This document shows positions 31,904-32,000 of a stretch of DNA of 32,000 nucleotides, piece by piece (positions within the stretch are counted from its first letter, which is position 1; each line of letters starts with the position of its first letter). The DNA is from Geomonas oryzisoli (GTDB taxonomy: Bacteria > Desulfobacterota > Desulfuromonadia > Geobacterales > Geobacteraceae): assembly GCF_018986915.1 (NCBI RefSeq), contig NZ_CP076723.1:644631-676630 (forward strand), written 5' to 3'. Below the pieces are notes generated by a model. The model was not told where the DNA came from and did no database searches. It worked only from the letters and a program-made list of their open reading frames with translations. Both the position numbers and the translations under genes were made by a program.

Positions 31904-32000
31904 TCATTGGGGAAGGGTAAGTAGCCGCTCGCTGCGCCATACCCTCACGATGCGGACGGCCTTCTTGTCGAGGCGGTAGATGATGCGAAAAGGAGGAAGG
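31904..32000 (-). CDS. ParE/RelE-family toxin, C-terminal 31 codons only (the gene continues beyond the window)
   Basis: The minus-strand translation from the window edge is LPPFRIIYRLDKKAVRIVRVWRSERLLTLPQ* (stop at 31904-31906). F/YRIIY...V.I.RV.H/R..R is the typical C-terminal pattern of RelE/ParE toxins. Confidence 0.6.
   Translation of the reverse strand, partial: LPPFRIIYRLDKKAVRIVRVWRSERLLTLPQ

Overview
High-GC (roughly 60-70% in the core genes) deltaproteobacterial-looking chromosome segment. I infer Geobacteraceae (Geobacter/Citrifermentans/Geomonas-like) from a c7-type triheme cytochrome, many PilZ/CheV signalling genes and characteristic intergenic repeat families; this assignment is not proven. 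Most of the window is ordinary core metabolism and signalling. It contains the 3' end of sucB, then lpdA and lipB, a Lon-like protease, a DAG-kinase-family lipid kinase, and a REC-PilZ response regulator. These are followed by a GT2 glycosyltransferase, cheV, a cytoplasmic molybdopterin oxidoreductase, a triheme cytochrome c, two more PilZ proteins flanking greB, an NRDE-family protein and a lipoprotein. Next come a 3-gene ABC importer, hisI, hisG, an SRPBCC protein and qor. The window ends with tandem ATP-type and GTP-type PEP carboxykinases, a rubredoxin (shorter than 60 aa, so absent from the ORF track), a class-V aminotransferase and the 3' end of a ParE/RelE toxin gene. The only clearly accessory stretch is about 22.0-23.9 kb, just downstream of hisG. 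It holds a frameshifted XRE-HTH gene remnant and a roughly 16-copy, 41-bp tandem array with no spacers. Each array unit is built from two short dyad-symmetric half-units. Beside the array is a lower-GC hypothetical gene (216 aa, FN3-like C-terminus) bracketed by the array end and a solitary copy of the same repeat end 920 bp away. I consider that array and cassette the best candidate for something undescribed (a centromere/iteron-like protein-binding array), but its function is inference only. Other notable points:
- Two families of intergenic repeats: an element built from 8-nt NCGCNNAG periods, and GGGAGG/CCCTCC palindromic elements.
- A perfect 25-bp inverted repeat inside the ABC operon.
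- A Lon-like protease with deviant Walker A and Walker B motifs.
- An orphan truncated CcdA-like gene.
The many long ORFs antisense to recognised genes are high-GC shadow ORFs and were rejected.
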